Positions 9,313-19,032 of a DNA stretch of 41,881 bases are shown piece after piece. The stretch lies in contig BEHE01000016.1 of the NCBI GenBank assembly GCA_002898395.1, positions 1-41,881 on the forward strand, read 5' to 3'. Position numbers and translations under genes: made by a program. Position 1 is the first letter of the stretch, and the number at the start of each line of letters is the position of its first letter. This DNA comes from Candidatus Calditenuaceae archaeon HR02 (GTDB lineage Archaea > Thermoproteota > Nitrososphaeria_A > Caldarchaeales > Calditenuaceae). The notes beneath the pieces were generated by a model. The model saw nothing but the letters and a program-made list of their open reading frames with translations. It ran no database searches and had not been told where the DNA came from.

Positions 9313-11664
9313 TCAAAGTTTTCCTAGGGCCCTTAAAATTTTCTCAGGCCTAAGCGGGATATCTATGTGCCTTACTCCGAGGTGTGCAATTGCGTCTAGA
9401 ACAGCGTTGGCTACTGCCGGCGTAGATGCTATGGTTCCCGCCTCACCCACGCCCTTGACACCCAGTGGATTGTGGGGTGAGGGGGTAACTGTGGAGTCTG
9501 TGATGATGTCGGGCGCCTCTACTGTCGTTGGCACCAGGTAGTCGGAAAGTGTCGATGTCAGCAAGTTACCATTCTCATCGTAGACCGCCTCCTCATAGAG
9601 CGCTTGTGCAAGCCCCTGCAGAACACCACCATGAATCTGGCCCTCAACAATCATCGGATTTATCTGGTTTCCACAATCATCCACAGTCACGTATTTCAGA
9701 ATCTTGACTTGGCCGGTCTCCGGGTCAATCTCGACGATGCATACGTGCGTGCCGAACGGGAAGGTAAAGTTTGACGGGTCGTAGAATGCTGTGGCCTCGA
9801 GTCCTGGCTCTACTCCGGGTGGGAGTTCGTTGGCACCAGCAGCGTAGGCTGCGAGGGCAACCTCCTGTATCTTCTTCTGCCTCTCGGGCAGCTCCTTGAC
9901 ATAGTATCTGCCAGCCTCGAAAGCCATATCCTCCTCGCGGACCTCCAGCAGGTGTGCGGCGATCTTCCTGCCCTTCTCAATTATTCTGTCACATGCAACG
10001 GCTATGGCTCCGCCTGCGACTGGGGTAGTCCTGCTACCATACGTACCCATCCCAAACGGGACCAGATCGGTATCTCCGTGCACAACATCAACGTCCTCGA
10101 TGGGTACCCCCAGCTTGTCGGCTACTATTTGGGCAAAGGTCGTTTCCTCCCCCTGGCCGTGTGGATGACCACCTGTAAATACAGTAACCTTTCCAGTCGG
10201 GTGGACCCTAACTATTGTGCTCTCCCAAAGCCCCAAGCCGAACCCCGTAGCCCTAGCGACCGCCGATGGCCCCAATCCGCATATCTCAATGTAGCTGGAG
10301 AGGCCTATTCCAATCAGCCTCCCCTCAGCCCTTGCTCGTTTCTGCTCCTCTCGCCATCGCTCATATCCCGCAAGCTCGAGAGCCTTCCTGAAGGCCCTCT
10401 CGTAGTCGCCGCTGTCATAGGTCAGGACTATCGGTGTACGGTACGGGAACATTTCCCTCGGAATAAAGTTGCGCGCCCTAACCTCTACAGGGTCCATATC
10501 GAGCTCCCTAGCCACCAAGTCCATAACACGCTCTAGAATGTATGTGGCCTCTGGCCTGCCAGCACCCCTGTAAGCGTCAACTGGAGCAGTATTCGTTAAA
10601 GCTCCTATAACCTCTACGAATATGGCCTGGATGGTGTATGGGCCCGAGAGCATGGGGCCGAAGAGTATTGTAGGTATCCCTGGCGCTGCGGTGGAGAGGT
10701 AGGCCCCCAAGTTAGCATATGACCTGACCCTGAGGCCTAGGACCTTGCCATCCCTAGTCGCAGCCGCCTCAACATATTGGACATGATCTCTCCCATGAAT
10801 AGTGGACTTAAAGTTCTCCTCCCTCGTCTCAATCCACTTTACAGGAACGCCCAACTTCATAGCCAGGTAAAGTACCACCGCCTCAGCACCGTAGCAGTGA
10901 ATCTTCGAGCCGAACCCTCCACCCACATCATAGGAGACCACGCGGAGCCTGTGCTCCGGCATACCAGTGATCTGTGAGAGCAGAAGCCTGTGGACATGGG
11001 GATTCTGACTAGTCATGTAGACTGTAGCCTTCTCAGAGTACCTATCATAGACCGCGAGAACTCCCCTAGTCTCTATCGCGGCTGGCTGAAGCCTACTGTT
11101 AACCATTCTCTGCTTGACTACGATATCCGCTCGCGAGAAAGCCCCCTCAACATCTCCTCCAGAGGCCCTCCAGACAAACGCAGTATTGTTTGGGACTTCG
11201 TCATAGAGTTGGGGAGCGTTGGGCTGGACTGCCTTCTCAGGATTGGTTACTGAGGGGAGGGGCTCAAACTCGGCCTTTACCCGCTCAGCCCCGTCAGCCG
11301 CCGTGTATGGAGAACTGGCCACGACCACGGCATAAGGGTCTCCAACATACCTCACCCTGTCAACAGCCAGCGGCATATACTTAGGCACTTTGAGGTCTGC
11401 GCCCGGTATCAGCCAAGCAGTAGGCACCGCCCCCAACGCGTCTTTAATGTCCTGACCCGTCAGGGCAGCTACTACCCCCTCCACCTTCAGCGCATCCGAG
11501 ACGTCAACCAACTTGATTCGGGCGTGGGCATGTGTGCTCCTAACAAAATAGGCGTAAACGGTCCCTGGAAGATGTATGTCGGCGGTAAATTTTCCTCGCC
11601 CAGTCAAGAGCCGCGGGTCCTCTTTACGCTTGACCTTAGCTCCGAATAGCCTAGTTACCGCCAT
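9313..11664 (-). CDS. Xanthine oxidase-family molybdopterin large subunit (form II CoxL / CutA aldehyde dehydrogenase-like)
   Basis: KRKEDPRLLTG, VGGGFGSK, active-site loop AYRGAGR, GQG, GTYGSR and KGVGE; TATAAA about 25 nt upstream. Confidence 0.92.
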   Translation of the reverse strand: MAVTRLFGAKVKRKEDPRLLTGRGKFTADIHLPGTVYAYFVRSTHAHARIKLVDVSDALKVEGVVAALTGQDIKDALGAVPTAWLIPGADLKVPKYMPLAVDRVRYVGDPYAVVVASSPYTAADGAERVKAEFEPLPSVTNPEKAVQPNAPQLYDEVPNNTAFVWRASGGDVEGAFSRADIVVKQRMVNSRLQPAAIETRGVLAVYDRYSEKATVYMTSQNPHVHRLLLSQITGMPEHRLRVVSYDVGGGFGSKIHCYGAEAVVLYLAMKLGVPVKWIETREENFKSTIHGRDHVQYVEAAATRDGKVLGLRVRSYANLGAYLSTAAPGIPTILFGPMLSGPYTIQAIFVEVIGALTNTAPVDAYRGAGRPEATYILERVMDLVARELDMDPVEVRARNFIPREMFPYRTPIVLTYDSGDYERAFRKALELAGYERWREEQKRARAEGRLIGIGLSSYIEICGLGPSAVARATGFGLGLWESTIVRVHPTGKVTVFTGGHPHGQGEETTFAQIVADKLGVPIEDVDVVHGDTDLVPFGMGTYGSRTTPVAGGAIAVACDRIIEKGRKIAAHLLEVREEDMAFEAGRYYVKELPERQKKIQEVALAAYAAGANELPPGVEPGLEATAFYDPSNFTFPFGTHVCIVEIDPETGQVKILKYVTVDDCGNQINPMIVEGQIHGGVLQGLAQALYEEAVYDENGNLLTSTLSDYLVPTTVEAPDIITDSTVTPSPHNPLGVKGVGEAGTIASTPAVANAVLDAIAHLGVRHIDIPLRPEKILRALGKL

Positions 11665-11891
11665 TAATTTTGAGTGAAGATGAATTAGTTTATATCCTTT
11701 TCCATTTAGCTTAATAAACTCACCTAAATACGCACCCCACCCTTGGCCGGCGCGGCGAGGCTAATCAGCTGAAAATGAGAAAACCCGATAATGTCGAGAT
11801 AATATTCTTAAAAGCCAGTAACAGCAAAGTCTCGGCTATCTTTGTTGCGACTGCTCACCCCATTAACAGGGCTATGCATGCGGGGAAAAAT

Positions 11892-12707
11892 CTATGCCTT
11901 TATCTTCTCGGGCTTTAGTAGTTCTTCGGCTTCTTTTGGTGTCATGTTCTCGTGGATTATTCCCCGGAGCGCCTTGATCATGCCTATTGGGTTGGGGTTC
12001 TGGAATACGTTTCGGCCGAAGTCTATGCCTGCCGCCCCCTCAGAGACCGCGTTATACGCGAGCTGTAGAACGTCCAGGTCTGACTCTAGCTTTGGTCCAC
12101 CCGCAATTACGAGCGGTACTGGGACAGAGTCCACAACCCTATGGAAGTCCTCTGTATAGTATGTCTTGATGAAGTGTGCCCCGAGCTCGGCCGCGACTCT
12201 GCATGCGAGTCCAATGTATTTAGCGGTCCTCTTCTCCAGCTCACGCCCCACAGCCGTGACAGCTAGGATTGGAATCCCATACCTCTCTCCAGCATCCACA
12301 AGCTTGGCCAGACACTTCAACGTCTGATGCTCGAACTGTGTCCCAACATATATTGAGAAGGCGAGGGAGGAGGCGTTAAGCCTTATGGCATCCTCCATCG
12401 ACGTCACAATCTCCTCATCACCAAGAGTCGGGCCATCAATCGTATTCCCACCCGAAACCCTCAAAACCACCGGCACATCATACTCCGGATCAATCGAGGT
12501 CCTAAGAACACCGCGCGTAAGCATTACCGCATCCACATACGGAAGGAGGGGCGTGATCGCCCTCCTAGGATTCTCGAGGCCGCGAATAGGGCCCAAAAAA
12601 TATCCATGGTCGACAGCAAGCATAAGCGTCCTACCATCCCTCGGCTTAATTATCCTTGAGAGCCTGTTCCTCAACCCCCAAGACGAGTACAGACCAGCCG
12701 AGACCAT
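11892..12707 (-). CDS. lsrF: LsrF/DhnA-type class I aldolase/thiolase
   Basis: WGLRNRLSRI, MLAVDHGYFLGP, Schiff-base Lys in IKTYYT, IAGGPK, GRNVFQ. Start probably ATG 12707 rather than 12740. Confidence 0.85.
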   Translation of the reverse strand: MVSAGLYSSWGLRNRLSRIIKPRDGRTLMLAVDHGYFLGPIRGLENPRRAITPLLPYVDAVMLTRGVLRTSIDPEYDVPVVLRVSGGNTIDGPTLGDEEIVTSMEDAIRLNASSLAFSIYVGTQFEHQTLKCLAKLVDAGERYGIPILAVTAVGRELEKRTAKYIGLACRVAAELGAHFIKTYYTEDFHRVVDSVPVPLVIAGGPKLESDLDVLQLAYNAVSEGAAGIDFGRNVFQNPNPIGMIKALRGIIHENMTPKEAEELLKPEKIKA

Positions 12708-12779
12708 CGAGAAAAACAGCTCATCGCCAGTATATGTCATTAATGCCCCTTGTCACATGTTTTTATTTCGAGCCCACTT
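12683..12779. repeat. 97-bp perfect direct repeat, copy 1 (lsrF upstream region and first codons)
   Basis: ACGAGTACAGACC...TCGAGCCCACTT is identical to 13114-13210. Confidence 0.95.
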
Positions 12780-12827
12780 GAAATAGTCAGTAAAGGGTTA
12801 TAAGGGGCGGGCCAGTCTTTAGCTGAA

Positions 12828-13085
12828 TTGGCTGAGGAAAAGCGTCTAAACAAGAAGGGATATCTCACGCAGACAGGGGAGGGTGAACTCCTCCTAGTCA
12901 ATGAGAAGGGTGTTGCGTATCTTGTGAACGAGTCGATTGTAGCCATCTGGGATAGGTTTGAGGAAAAGACCGTTGAGGAGGTCATCCAGGAGGTTGCAGA
13001 CATATCGGAGATAAACCCGGATGAGCTTCGAGAACCGATAAAGGAACTCGTAGATGCGCTGGTGAAGGCCGAGCTCCTGGCTTAA
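12828..13085 (+). CDS. PqqD-family / RiPP-recognition-element-like small protein
   Basis: YLVNESIVAIWDRFEEKTVEEVI...ELVDALVKAELL matches the PqqD pattern; TTATAA about 25 nt before the TTG start. Confidence 0.8.
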   Translation: MAEEKRLNKKGYLTQTGEGELLLVNEKGVAYLVNESIVAIWDRFEEKTVEEVIQEVADISEINPDELREPIKELVDALVKAELLA

Positions 13086-13113
13086 AGGAGTATAAGAGAA
13101 CCAGTCACCAAAC

Positions 13114-13210
13114 ACGAGTACAGACCAGCCGAGACCATCGAGAAAAACAGCTCATCGCCAGTATATGTCATTAATGCCCCTTGTCACATGTTTTTATTTC
13201 GAGCCCACTT
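13114..13210. repeat. 97-bp perfect direct repeat, copy 2
   Basis: Identical to 12683-12779. Confidence 0.95.
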
Positions 13211-13246
13211 CCAGTATTTTTATGATTTCAATAGGTAAGACGCGTC

Positions 13247-13390
13247 TCAGCGGAGCTTGTTTATCAGCTTCATCATCTCTTCATAGTGATGTCTGATAAC
13301 TGCTACACCCTTCTCTCCCATCATCTTTTCAGCATTAGCTTTACACGCCTCTATCGCCGTCAAGAGCCCCTCCTTAGTCGGCTTCTCCAT
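13247..13390 (-). CDS. 47-aa helical ORF, possibly a 5'-truncated gene fragment (not in ORF track)
   Basis: Hand translation gives MEKPTKEGLLTAIEACKANAEKMMGEKGVAVIRHHYEEMMKLINKLR, a protein-like amphipathic sequence. Confidence 0.5.
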   Translation of the reverse strand: MEKPTKEGLLTAIEACKANAEKMMGEKGVAVIRHHYEEMMKLINKLR

Positions 13391-13439
13391 TCTATAGGTG
13401 GATAACGCTTAACAGCAACCCTGTACATGCTTCCACAGG

Positions 13440-13916
13440 GTGCTGCCGGTAGCCTGTGATGTTGAAAGGCTCCTCCTCCACGACAAGTATCTGAGAATAT
13501 TTGCGGTGGAGATTCTCACCCTATTCCCTCTGCTCGCTACGGCACTATACATCTACACTGGCAACCAATTCCTTGCAGCGCCCCTCCTACTTCCTGCGAT
13601 AATCACCCTCCCGATGTGGCTGAGATTGGAGGCCCGTAGAAGGAAGAGGGTTATGAAGATTTTCCAGGTAGAAAATATTCGAGACATAGTGTTGCCTTTG
13701 TCATGTGTTAGTGAGGCCTACTACACACCCGCGGTGGGGGTAAAGTTTACAATAGTGGACGCGGTGCATGAGTCCAGGACGGTGAGATACGTTGACTACG
13801 AGGAGAGGAGGAAGGGGGAAAGAGTAATACTGATCCTTGATGGCTGTGGAAGAGTTTTGGCCTCTGCATCGGTTGACAGGCCCCCGAGCATCGACACTAT
13901 TTCAAAGCTAAGCTAG
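13440..13916 (+). CDS. Hypothetical membrane protein (2 TM plus soluble beta domain)
   Basis: 158-aa ORF filling the gap, with two hydrophobic helices. Confidence 0.65.
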   Translation: MLPVACDVERLLLHDKYLRIFAVEILTLFPLLATALYIYTGNQFLAAPLLLPAIITLPMWLRLEARRRKRVMKIFQVENIRDIVLPLSCVSEAYYTPAVGVKFTIVDAVHESRTVRYVDYEERRKGERVILILDGCGRVLASASVDRPPSIDTISKLS

Positions 13917-13977
13917 GTTGGGGTTAGGAGGCCGTTAGATCCTCTATCCTACTGGCCTATTCCTGAGCCCTATTTTT

Positions 13978-14892
13978 TTATCGGGTGCTCCCTATTGCCC
14001 TAATATCTGAGAAGCATTGCCCACAGACATAGTGGCCCGCTGAGATGGATTTAGCGATTGAGAATGGAGCCTTACAGACTGGGCACCTGAGACCTGAGGT
14101 TGCCTTCTTAAACTTCTCACCACATTCTGGGCAGCTCTCGGCGCCGATAGCGGCGCTCGCGCCACACTTTAAGCAGACCTGCACATCACTTCTGCTCATC
14201 ACCTCTAGGTGAACTAGTGCTGTTTGCGCAGTCCTTGTGGATATGGTGGCTTCTCTAACCATTGTTATGGACGGTGTAGGCTGCGGCCTCTGTAGAGGTG
14301 TGGTTGACCTGTATTGAGGTAGTGTTACCAGTAGAGATTCGAGCTCCCTCTCGCCGGTCGGTTTTTCAGCCCTTATCTGGAGGGCTACTACTCCGGTTAT
14401 CACGGCAGATGCTACGAGACACGCTGCCCCTCCAAAAAATAGTGGTGTAAGGTCGCCATATCTCATCTCGCCTGGGAACCTGAACTGGCTCCATGTCATG
14501 ACCATGAGGGCCGCTAATGTGGCGACTCCAGCTAGGCTGATCGGTGAGGCGTAGAGTAGCCTTACCCTAAGCCTGCCCGCGGCTCTGAGATATAGAGAGG
14601 CCTCGAGGATGGAATATACCGTCCACGCAGCCAGCGCGGCCCATATACCATCCCTGAAAATGTCGAGAAATGAGAGGATTATCGCGGCATACGTGGATGC
14701 GCCGAGGCCCCATATCGCGGTGTATAGTAGGCCTACTGGGCCTAGCCTACCCTTCAGAGAGCGCCACCCCCATCCACGGAGCACAATAGAGGACGGGTAG
14801 GTGGCTAGTGCGGGATAGAGCATAACGGTGGGGAAGAAGAAGACCAGTGCATTGATTGCTGAGAGGAAATATCCGATGCTCAGGCTCCTCAT
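13978..14892 (-). CDS. Membrane protein with C-terminal double zinc ribbon
   Basis: About five TM segments followed by CLKC, CPEC, CPVC and CGQC. Confidence 0.8.
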   Translation of the reverse strand: MRSLSIGYFLSAINALVFFFPTVMLYPALATYPSSIVLRGWGWRSLKGRLGPVGLLYTAIWGLGASTYAAIILSFLDIFRDGIWAALAAWTVYSILEASLYLRAAGRLRVRLLYASPISLAGVATLAALMVMTWSQFRFPGEMRYGDLTPLFFGGAACLVASAVITGVVALQIRAEKPTGERELESLLVTLPQYRSTTPLQRPQPTPSITMVREATISTRTAQTALVHLEVMSRSDVQVCLKCGASAAIGAESCPECGEKFKKATSGLRCPVCKAPFSIAKSISAGHYVCGQCFSDIRAIGSTR

Positions 14893-14939
14893 CCCTTTCT
14901 CTCTACTGCCTTATCGTGGAAATAAATGCTTGTATGGGC

Positions 14940-15866
14940 CTAGCCAGGCTCTGAGAGTCTGGAGAGGAGGAGTTCGAAGAACTTCTCCCCCTCAACGCTA
15001 GTGCAGATGCTTGCGTTATTCTTTTCACCCTCCCTCGGCTTAACGGCTACTGTGGCTCCTCTAGAGGCGTCGCTATGGGTGAGGACTTGGACTCTCATCT
15101 CGACCGTCTGGAAGATCTCAGGCCTCAAAGCTGCTGCAACCGCCAGGACGTCATGCACCTCAACCTCCCCCCACCTCTCCAACTGATACTTCATAATCCT
15201 CGAGGCGAGCTCCGCCTTCTTCCCCGTCAACCCCCTTATTGCCTCATACCTCTTTCTGTTGATCTTGACCGATGGGTTTGTGGATATGTCTAGGCCGACG
15301 CATGTGAGGGGGACTGACGAGTTGAAGACGATATTCGCCGCCTCTGGGTCGGTATAGATGTTAAACTCTGAGAGGGGAGTCACGTTTCCACGCCCATACG
15401 GGGTGAGGTGGTATGCTCCGCCCATAATCACGAGCCGCTTGACCAGCCTCGGTGTGCGGGAGTATAGGATGAAGGCGAGCGCTACGTTGGTCAATGGGCC
15501 TGTAGCGATAAGTGTGACCTCGCCAGGATTGTTCGCGACAGTCTCTGCGATAAACTGGATGCCGCCGAGGCTTGGCAGCTGGCGTGGCATCGGTATTTTT
15601 GCCTCACCGAGTCCATCTAAGCCATGCACATGCTCAGCAGTGGTGAGGGGCCTAGTCATGGGTGAGGATGAGCCATAATAGACTGGGATCTCACCGCGCC
15701 CCACATATTCTAAGACTCGCCTCGCATTAAGGCCCGTCTTCTCAACCGTCGTATTCCCCGCCACCGTTGTGACACCCTGTACGGCGATCTCAGGCGAGCT
15801 GATTGCCAGAAGCAGGGCCAGGGCGTCATCTATACCGGGATCCATGTCGAGTATTACCTTCTCCAA
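14940..15866 (-). CDS. Inosine-uridine-preferring nucleoside hydrolase
   Basis: DMDPGIDD, VHGLDGLG, TGPLTN, EFNIYTDPEAA and VHD motifs. Confidence 0.93.
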   Translation of the reverse strand: MEKVILDMDPGIDDALALLLAISSPEIAVQGVTTVAGNTTVEKTGLNARRVLEYVGRGEIPVYYGSSSPMTRPLTTAEHVHGLDGLGEAKIPMPRQLPSLGGIQFIAETVANNPGEVTLIATGPLTNVALAFILYSRTPRLVKRLVIMGGAYHLTPYGRGNVTPLSEFNIYTDPEAANIVFNSSVPLTCVGLDISTNPSVKINRKRYEAIRGLTGKKAELASRIMKYQLERWGEVEVHDVLAVAAALRPEIFQTVEMRVQVLTHSDASRGATVAVKPREGEKNNASICTSVEGEKFFELLLSRLSEPG

Positions 15867-15950
15867 CCCGCTTTCTGACTGTTGTTTGTGGCTGATATCT
15901 CTTCGGGGTGGCGTGGGTTTTTATACGGGCATATTAAAGGGTCAATAAGA

Positions 15951-16388
15951 ATGGCTGGTGAAGATCTGCTAAATCTCAAGCCGGTTCTGGTGAGGCTTGA
16001 GGAGCTGCGGGAGCATGAGGAGTATAATCCGGCGCATCTAGAAGAGCTTTTAGCCGAGATTAAGAACGACGGCGTATTAAAGAGACCCATAATTGCTGAC
16101 GTAAGGACCAGAGTGATATTGGACGGCCATCACAGGTACAACTGCATGAAGAGGCTTGGCAAAACCCACATCCCTGTATACTTTGTGGACTACTGGAGGC
16201 CCGAGATCGAGGTGTGGCCCTGGGACAACAAGCCGCCGGTCACGAAGGAGTTGGTCATCAGCGCCGGGCTAACCGGTAAGAAGCTCCCATCCAAGTCGTC
16301 GCGGCACATGGTTAGGCTGGGTGGAGAAGTCTATCACATTACGTACATTGAGAGGGAGGCGCCAACACCCCTAGACGAGATTCCTTGA
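15951..16388 (+). CDS. Stand-alone ParB/Srx-fold protein (SerK/SbnI-like superfamily)
   Basis: HEE, PII, ILDGHHR and LPSKSSRH motifs. Start set at ATG 15951, about 25 nt after TTTTATA. Confidence 0.8.
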   Translation: MAGEDLLNLKPVLVRLEELREHEEYNPAHLEELLAEIKNDGVLKRPIIADVRTRVILDGHHRYNCMKRLGKTHIPVYFVDYWRPEIEVWPWDNKPPVTKELVISAGLTGKKLPSKSSRHMVRLGGEVYHITYIEREAPTPLDEIP

Positions 16389-16394
16389 ATAGTT

Positions 16395-17201
16395 TTAGAG
16401 CTTGGTTGCTTCTTTTAGCTTGGCGGCGAAGCTCTGAAGCTGTTCTGAACATTTTGAGGGGTTGCTGAGGTTTTGCTCGACTATCTTCACTAGTGCACTA
16501 CCAACTATGACGCCCTCCGCACCGCCTTTAACTAGGGCTGCAACGTGTTCTGGAGATGAGACTCCGAACCCTACTGCTAAATAGGGTCTCTCCCTTCTAG
16601 CCCTGACTCGCTCGAGAAGCCTCGAGGCCTCTGGGGATAGCTCCCTCCTCACTCCTGTTACACCGAGGAGCGAGACCAGGTAGACGAAGCCTTGCGAGGC
16701 CCTGAGGATCTGGTCAAGCCTACTGTCCGACGTGGTTGGCGACGCTAGGAATATCGTATCCACACCAGCTCTCCGGGCCTCTTCCCTGAAGTCTGCGGAC
16801 TCTTCCACGGGGAGGTCTGGGACGACCACACCATCAACCCCAGAAGAGCTTGCCTCCTCGAAGAACCTCCTGAACCCCATCCGGTATATCGGGTTTAGGT
16901 AGGAGAGGATTACTACTGGTGCTTCAAGGGATTTCTTGATGATGGATGAGAGTCTTAGGACGTCCGGTAGCTTGGTTCGCGAGGTCAGTGCGCGTTGGGC
17001 TGAGGCCTGGATTGTGACTCCATCGGCTACAGGGTCGCTGAAGGGTACGCCAAGCTCCAAGACATCGACACCACCCTCCACAAGTGCCTCAGCATACATT
17101 CTCGTCTGGTCTAGGCCTGGGTCACCCGCTGTAAGGTAGCCGATAAGTGCGGCGCGGCCAGAGGCTAGGCTGTCCCTGAAGAGATCTGAAATATTACTCA
17201 A
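16395..17201 (-). CDS. trpA: Tryptophan synthase alpha chain
   Basis: [29 protein letters not shown] and GVIVGSA. Confidence 0.96.
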   Translation of the reverse strand: MSNISDLFRDSLASGRAALIGYLTAGDPGLDQTRMYAEALVEGGVDVLELGVPFSDPVADGVTIQASAQRALTSRTKLPDVLRLSSIIKKSLEAPVVILSYLNPIYRMGFRRFFEEASSSGVDGVVVPDLPVEESADFREEARRAGVDTIFLASPTTSDSRLDQILRASQGFVYLVSLLGVTGVRRELSPEASRLLERVRARRERPYLAVGFGVSSPEHVAALVKGGAEGVIVGSALVKIVEQNLSNPSKCSEQLQSFAAKLKEATKL

Positions 17202-18403
17202 AACAATCCACCTATGCTTTGGCTAACAATGTCTAGATCTTTGTCTCCTCGGCCTGAGAGTGTCAGGACTATTATATCGTCGCGCCGCATAGTTGGCGCA
17301 ACCTCCATGACGTAAGCTATAGCGTGGGCGGGCTCGAGCGCTGGCATGATCCCCTCCAGTCGTGTAAGAGTGAGGAAGGCTTCAAGAGCTTCGCGGTCAC
17401 CTACGGCCACATATTCCGCCCTGCCCGATTCCTTCAGGAAGGCATGCTCGGGACCCACCCCAGGGTAATCTAGGCCGGCGGATATACTGTGCGTCGTTTT
17501 AATCTGCCCATGCTCATCCTGCATGACGTAGGAGTACATGCCGTGAAGTATTCCAGGCGAGCCGCCCGCAAGGCTTGCCGCGTGTCTTCCCGTCTCAAGC
17601 CCCTCTCCACCCGCCTCAACACCCACCAACTTCACACCTCTATCCTCGATGAAGGGATAGAACGTTCCAATCGCGTTGCTTCCACCTCCCACGCAGGCCA
17701 CAACCAGGTCCGGCAGCCTACCCTCCTTCTCCAATATCTGCGCCCTAATCTCCCTCCCAATCACAGACTGGAAGTCGCGGACAATCATGGGGTATGGATG
17801 TGGGCCGACCGCCGAGCCTAGGAGGTAGTGTGTGTCCCGGACGTTTGTCGCCCAGTCCCTCAGAGCCTCGTTGATAGCATCCTTCAACGTCTTAGACCCA
17901 GAATCTACCCTCCTGACCTCCGCGCCGAGTAGCCTCATCCTGTAGACGTTCACTGCCTGTCGCGCCATGTCCTCGGCTCCCATGTAGATCGCGCATCTGA
18001 ACCCCATTCTGGCCGCTACTGTCGCAGTAGCTACTCCGTGCTGCCCCGCACCTGTCTCAGCTACCAGTCTCGTCTTACCCATCCTCTTAGCCAGGAGCGC
18101 CTGCCCCAGCGCGTTGTTGATCTTGTGGGCGCCTGTAAAGGCTAGGTCCTCCCTCTTAAGATAGATCTTAGCTCCCCCCAGCTTCTCAGTGAGCCTCTCG
18201 GCAAAGTATAGGGGGGTTGGCCTGCCCGCGTAGTCTCTGAGCAATGCCTCCAGCTCTTCGCGGAAAGTTCTGTCGCCCCTAAGCCTCGTGTAGGCTTCTT
18301 CAAGCTCGATAAGCGGCTCCATGAGGGTCTCGGGGACATATCTGCCGCCGTATGCGCCGAATCGGCCCCGGCTATCCGGCAGGCGGTAACTTCCCGCCAT
18401 CAC
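17198..18403 (-). CDS. trpB: Tryptophan synthase beta chain, TrpB1 type
   Basis: [13 protein letters not shown] (PLP Lys), [32 protein letters not shown] and SGRGDKD. Confidence 0.97.
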   Translation of the reverse strand: MMAGSYRLPDSRGRFGAYGGRYVPETLMEPLIELEEAYTRLRGDRTFREELEALLRDYAGRPTPLYFAERLTEKLGGAKIYLKREDLAFTGAHKINNALGQALLAKRMGKTRLVAETGAGQHGVATATVAARMGFRCAIYMGAEDMARQAVNVYRMRLLGAEVRRVDSGSKTLKDAINEALRDWATNVRDTHYLLGSAVGPHPYPMIVRDFQSVIGREIRAQILEKEGRLPDLVVACVGGGSNAIGTFYPFIEDRGVKLVGVEAGGEGLETGRHAASLAGGSPGILHGMYSYVMQDEHGQIKTTHSISAGLDYPGVGPEHAFLKESGRAEYVAVGDREALEAFLTLTRLEGIMPALEPAHAIAYVMEVAPTMRRDDIIVLTLSGRGDKDLDIVSQSIGGLF

Positions 18404-19032
18404 TAACCCTCACCCAGAGCGGCCCTGATAAAGGCCCTGATCAACTCTCTATTCTTAACACCTGGAGCTGACTCGACACCCGACGAGACGTCCACTGCAT
18501 ATGGCTGCACAATCTTCACAGCCTCGAATACGTTTGATGGATTTAATCCACCCGCCAGGATCAGGGGTAGGCTTATCTGCTCTCTGAATCTGCGGGCCGC
18601 TCCCCAGTCATGTGTCTTGCCTGTGCCGCCGGGGAGGTTTTCTGAGTGGCTGTCTAAGAGGACGGCATCGGCTTGGGATGGATCGAAGTTGTTGGGGTCT
18701 GTGCCAGCCTTAACAGGTTTTATCAACCTGCATCCGGGGGCTAGGTCTCTGGCCTCGGCTAGGTGTAATTGGCCATAAAGCTGTATAGCGTCAGGCTCCA
18801 ATTCCTCCACCAGCTCCCTAAATCCTTCAGGGCTGTCGGCCCGCAAGACCAGCACCGCGTCTACGAAGACCGGTACCCTCCTCCGAACCTCCACCGCCTC
18901 CGATAAGTTTAGGTTTCGAGGCGAGAGTGGGAAGCCCACAACCATCCCCACAGCGTCAGCGCCCTCCTCCACAGCAGCCCTCAAATCCTCCACCCGCCTA
19001 ATCCCACATATCTTGACCCGGACCCGCGCCAT
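18403..19032 (-). CDS. trpF: Phosphoribosylanthranilate isomerase
   Basis: [21 protein letters not shown] and DVSSGVE. Confidence 0.95.
   Translation of the reverse strand: MARVRVKICGIRRVEDLRAAVEEGADAVGMVVGFPLSPRNLNLSEAVEVRRRVPVFVDAVLVLRADSPEGFRELVEELEPDAIQLYGQLHLAEARDLAPGCRLIKPVKAGTDPNNFDPSQADAVLLDSHSENLPGGTGKTHDWGAARRFREQISLPLILAGGLNPSNVFEAVKIVQPYAVDVSSGVESAPGVKNRELIRAFIRAALGEG

Noticed and set aside
9952-11384. Plus-strand ORFs within the CoxL-like gene, and similar antisense ORFs in trp, copA and GT2
   Set aside because: Antisense shadows of well-supported genes with no motifs of their own.
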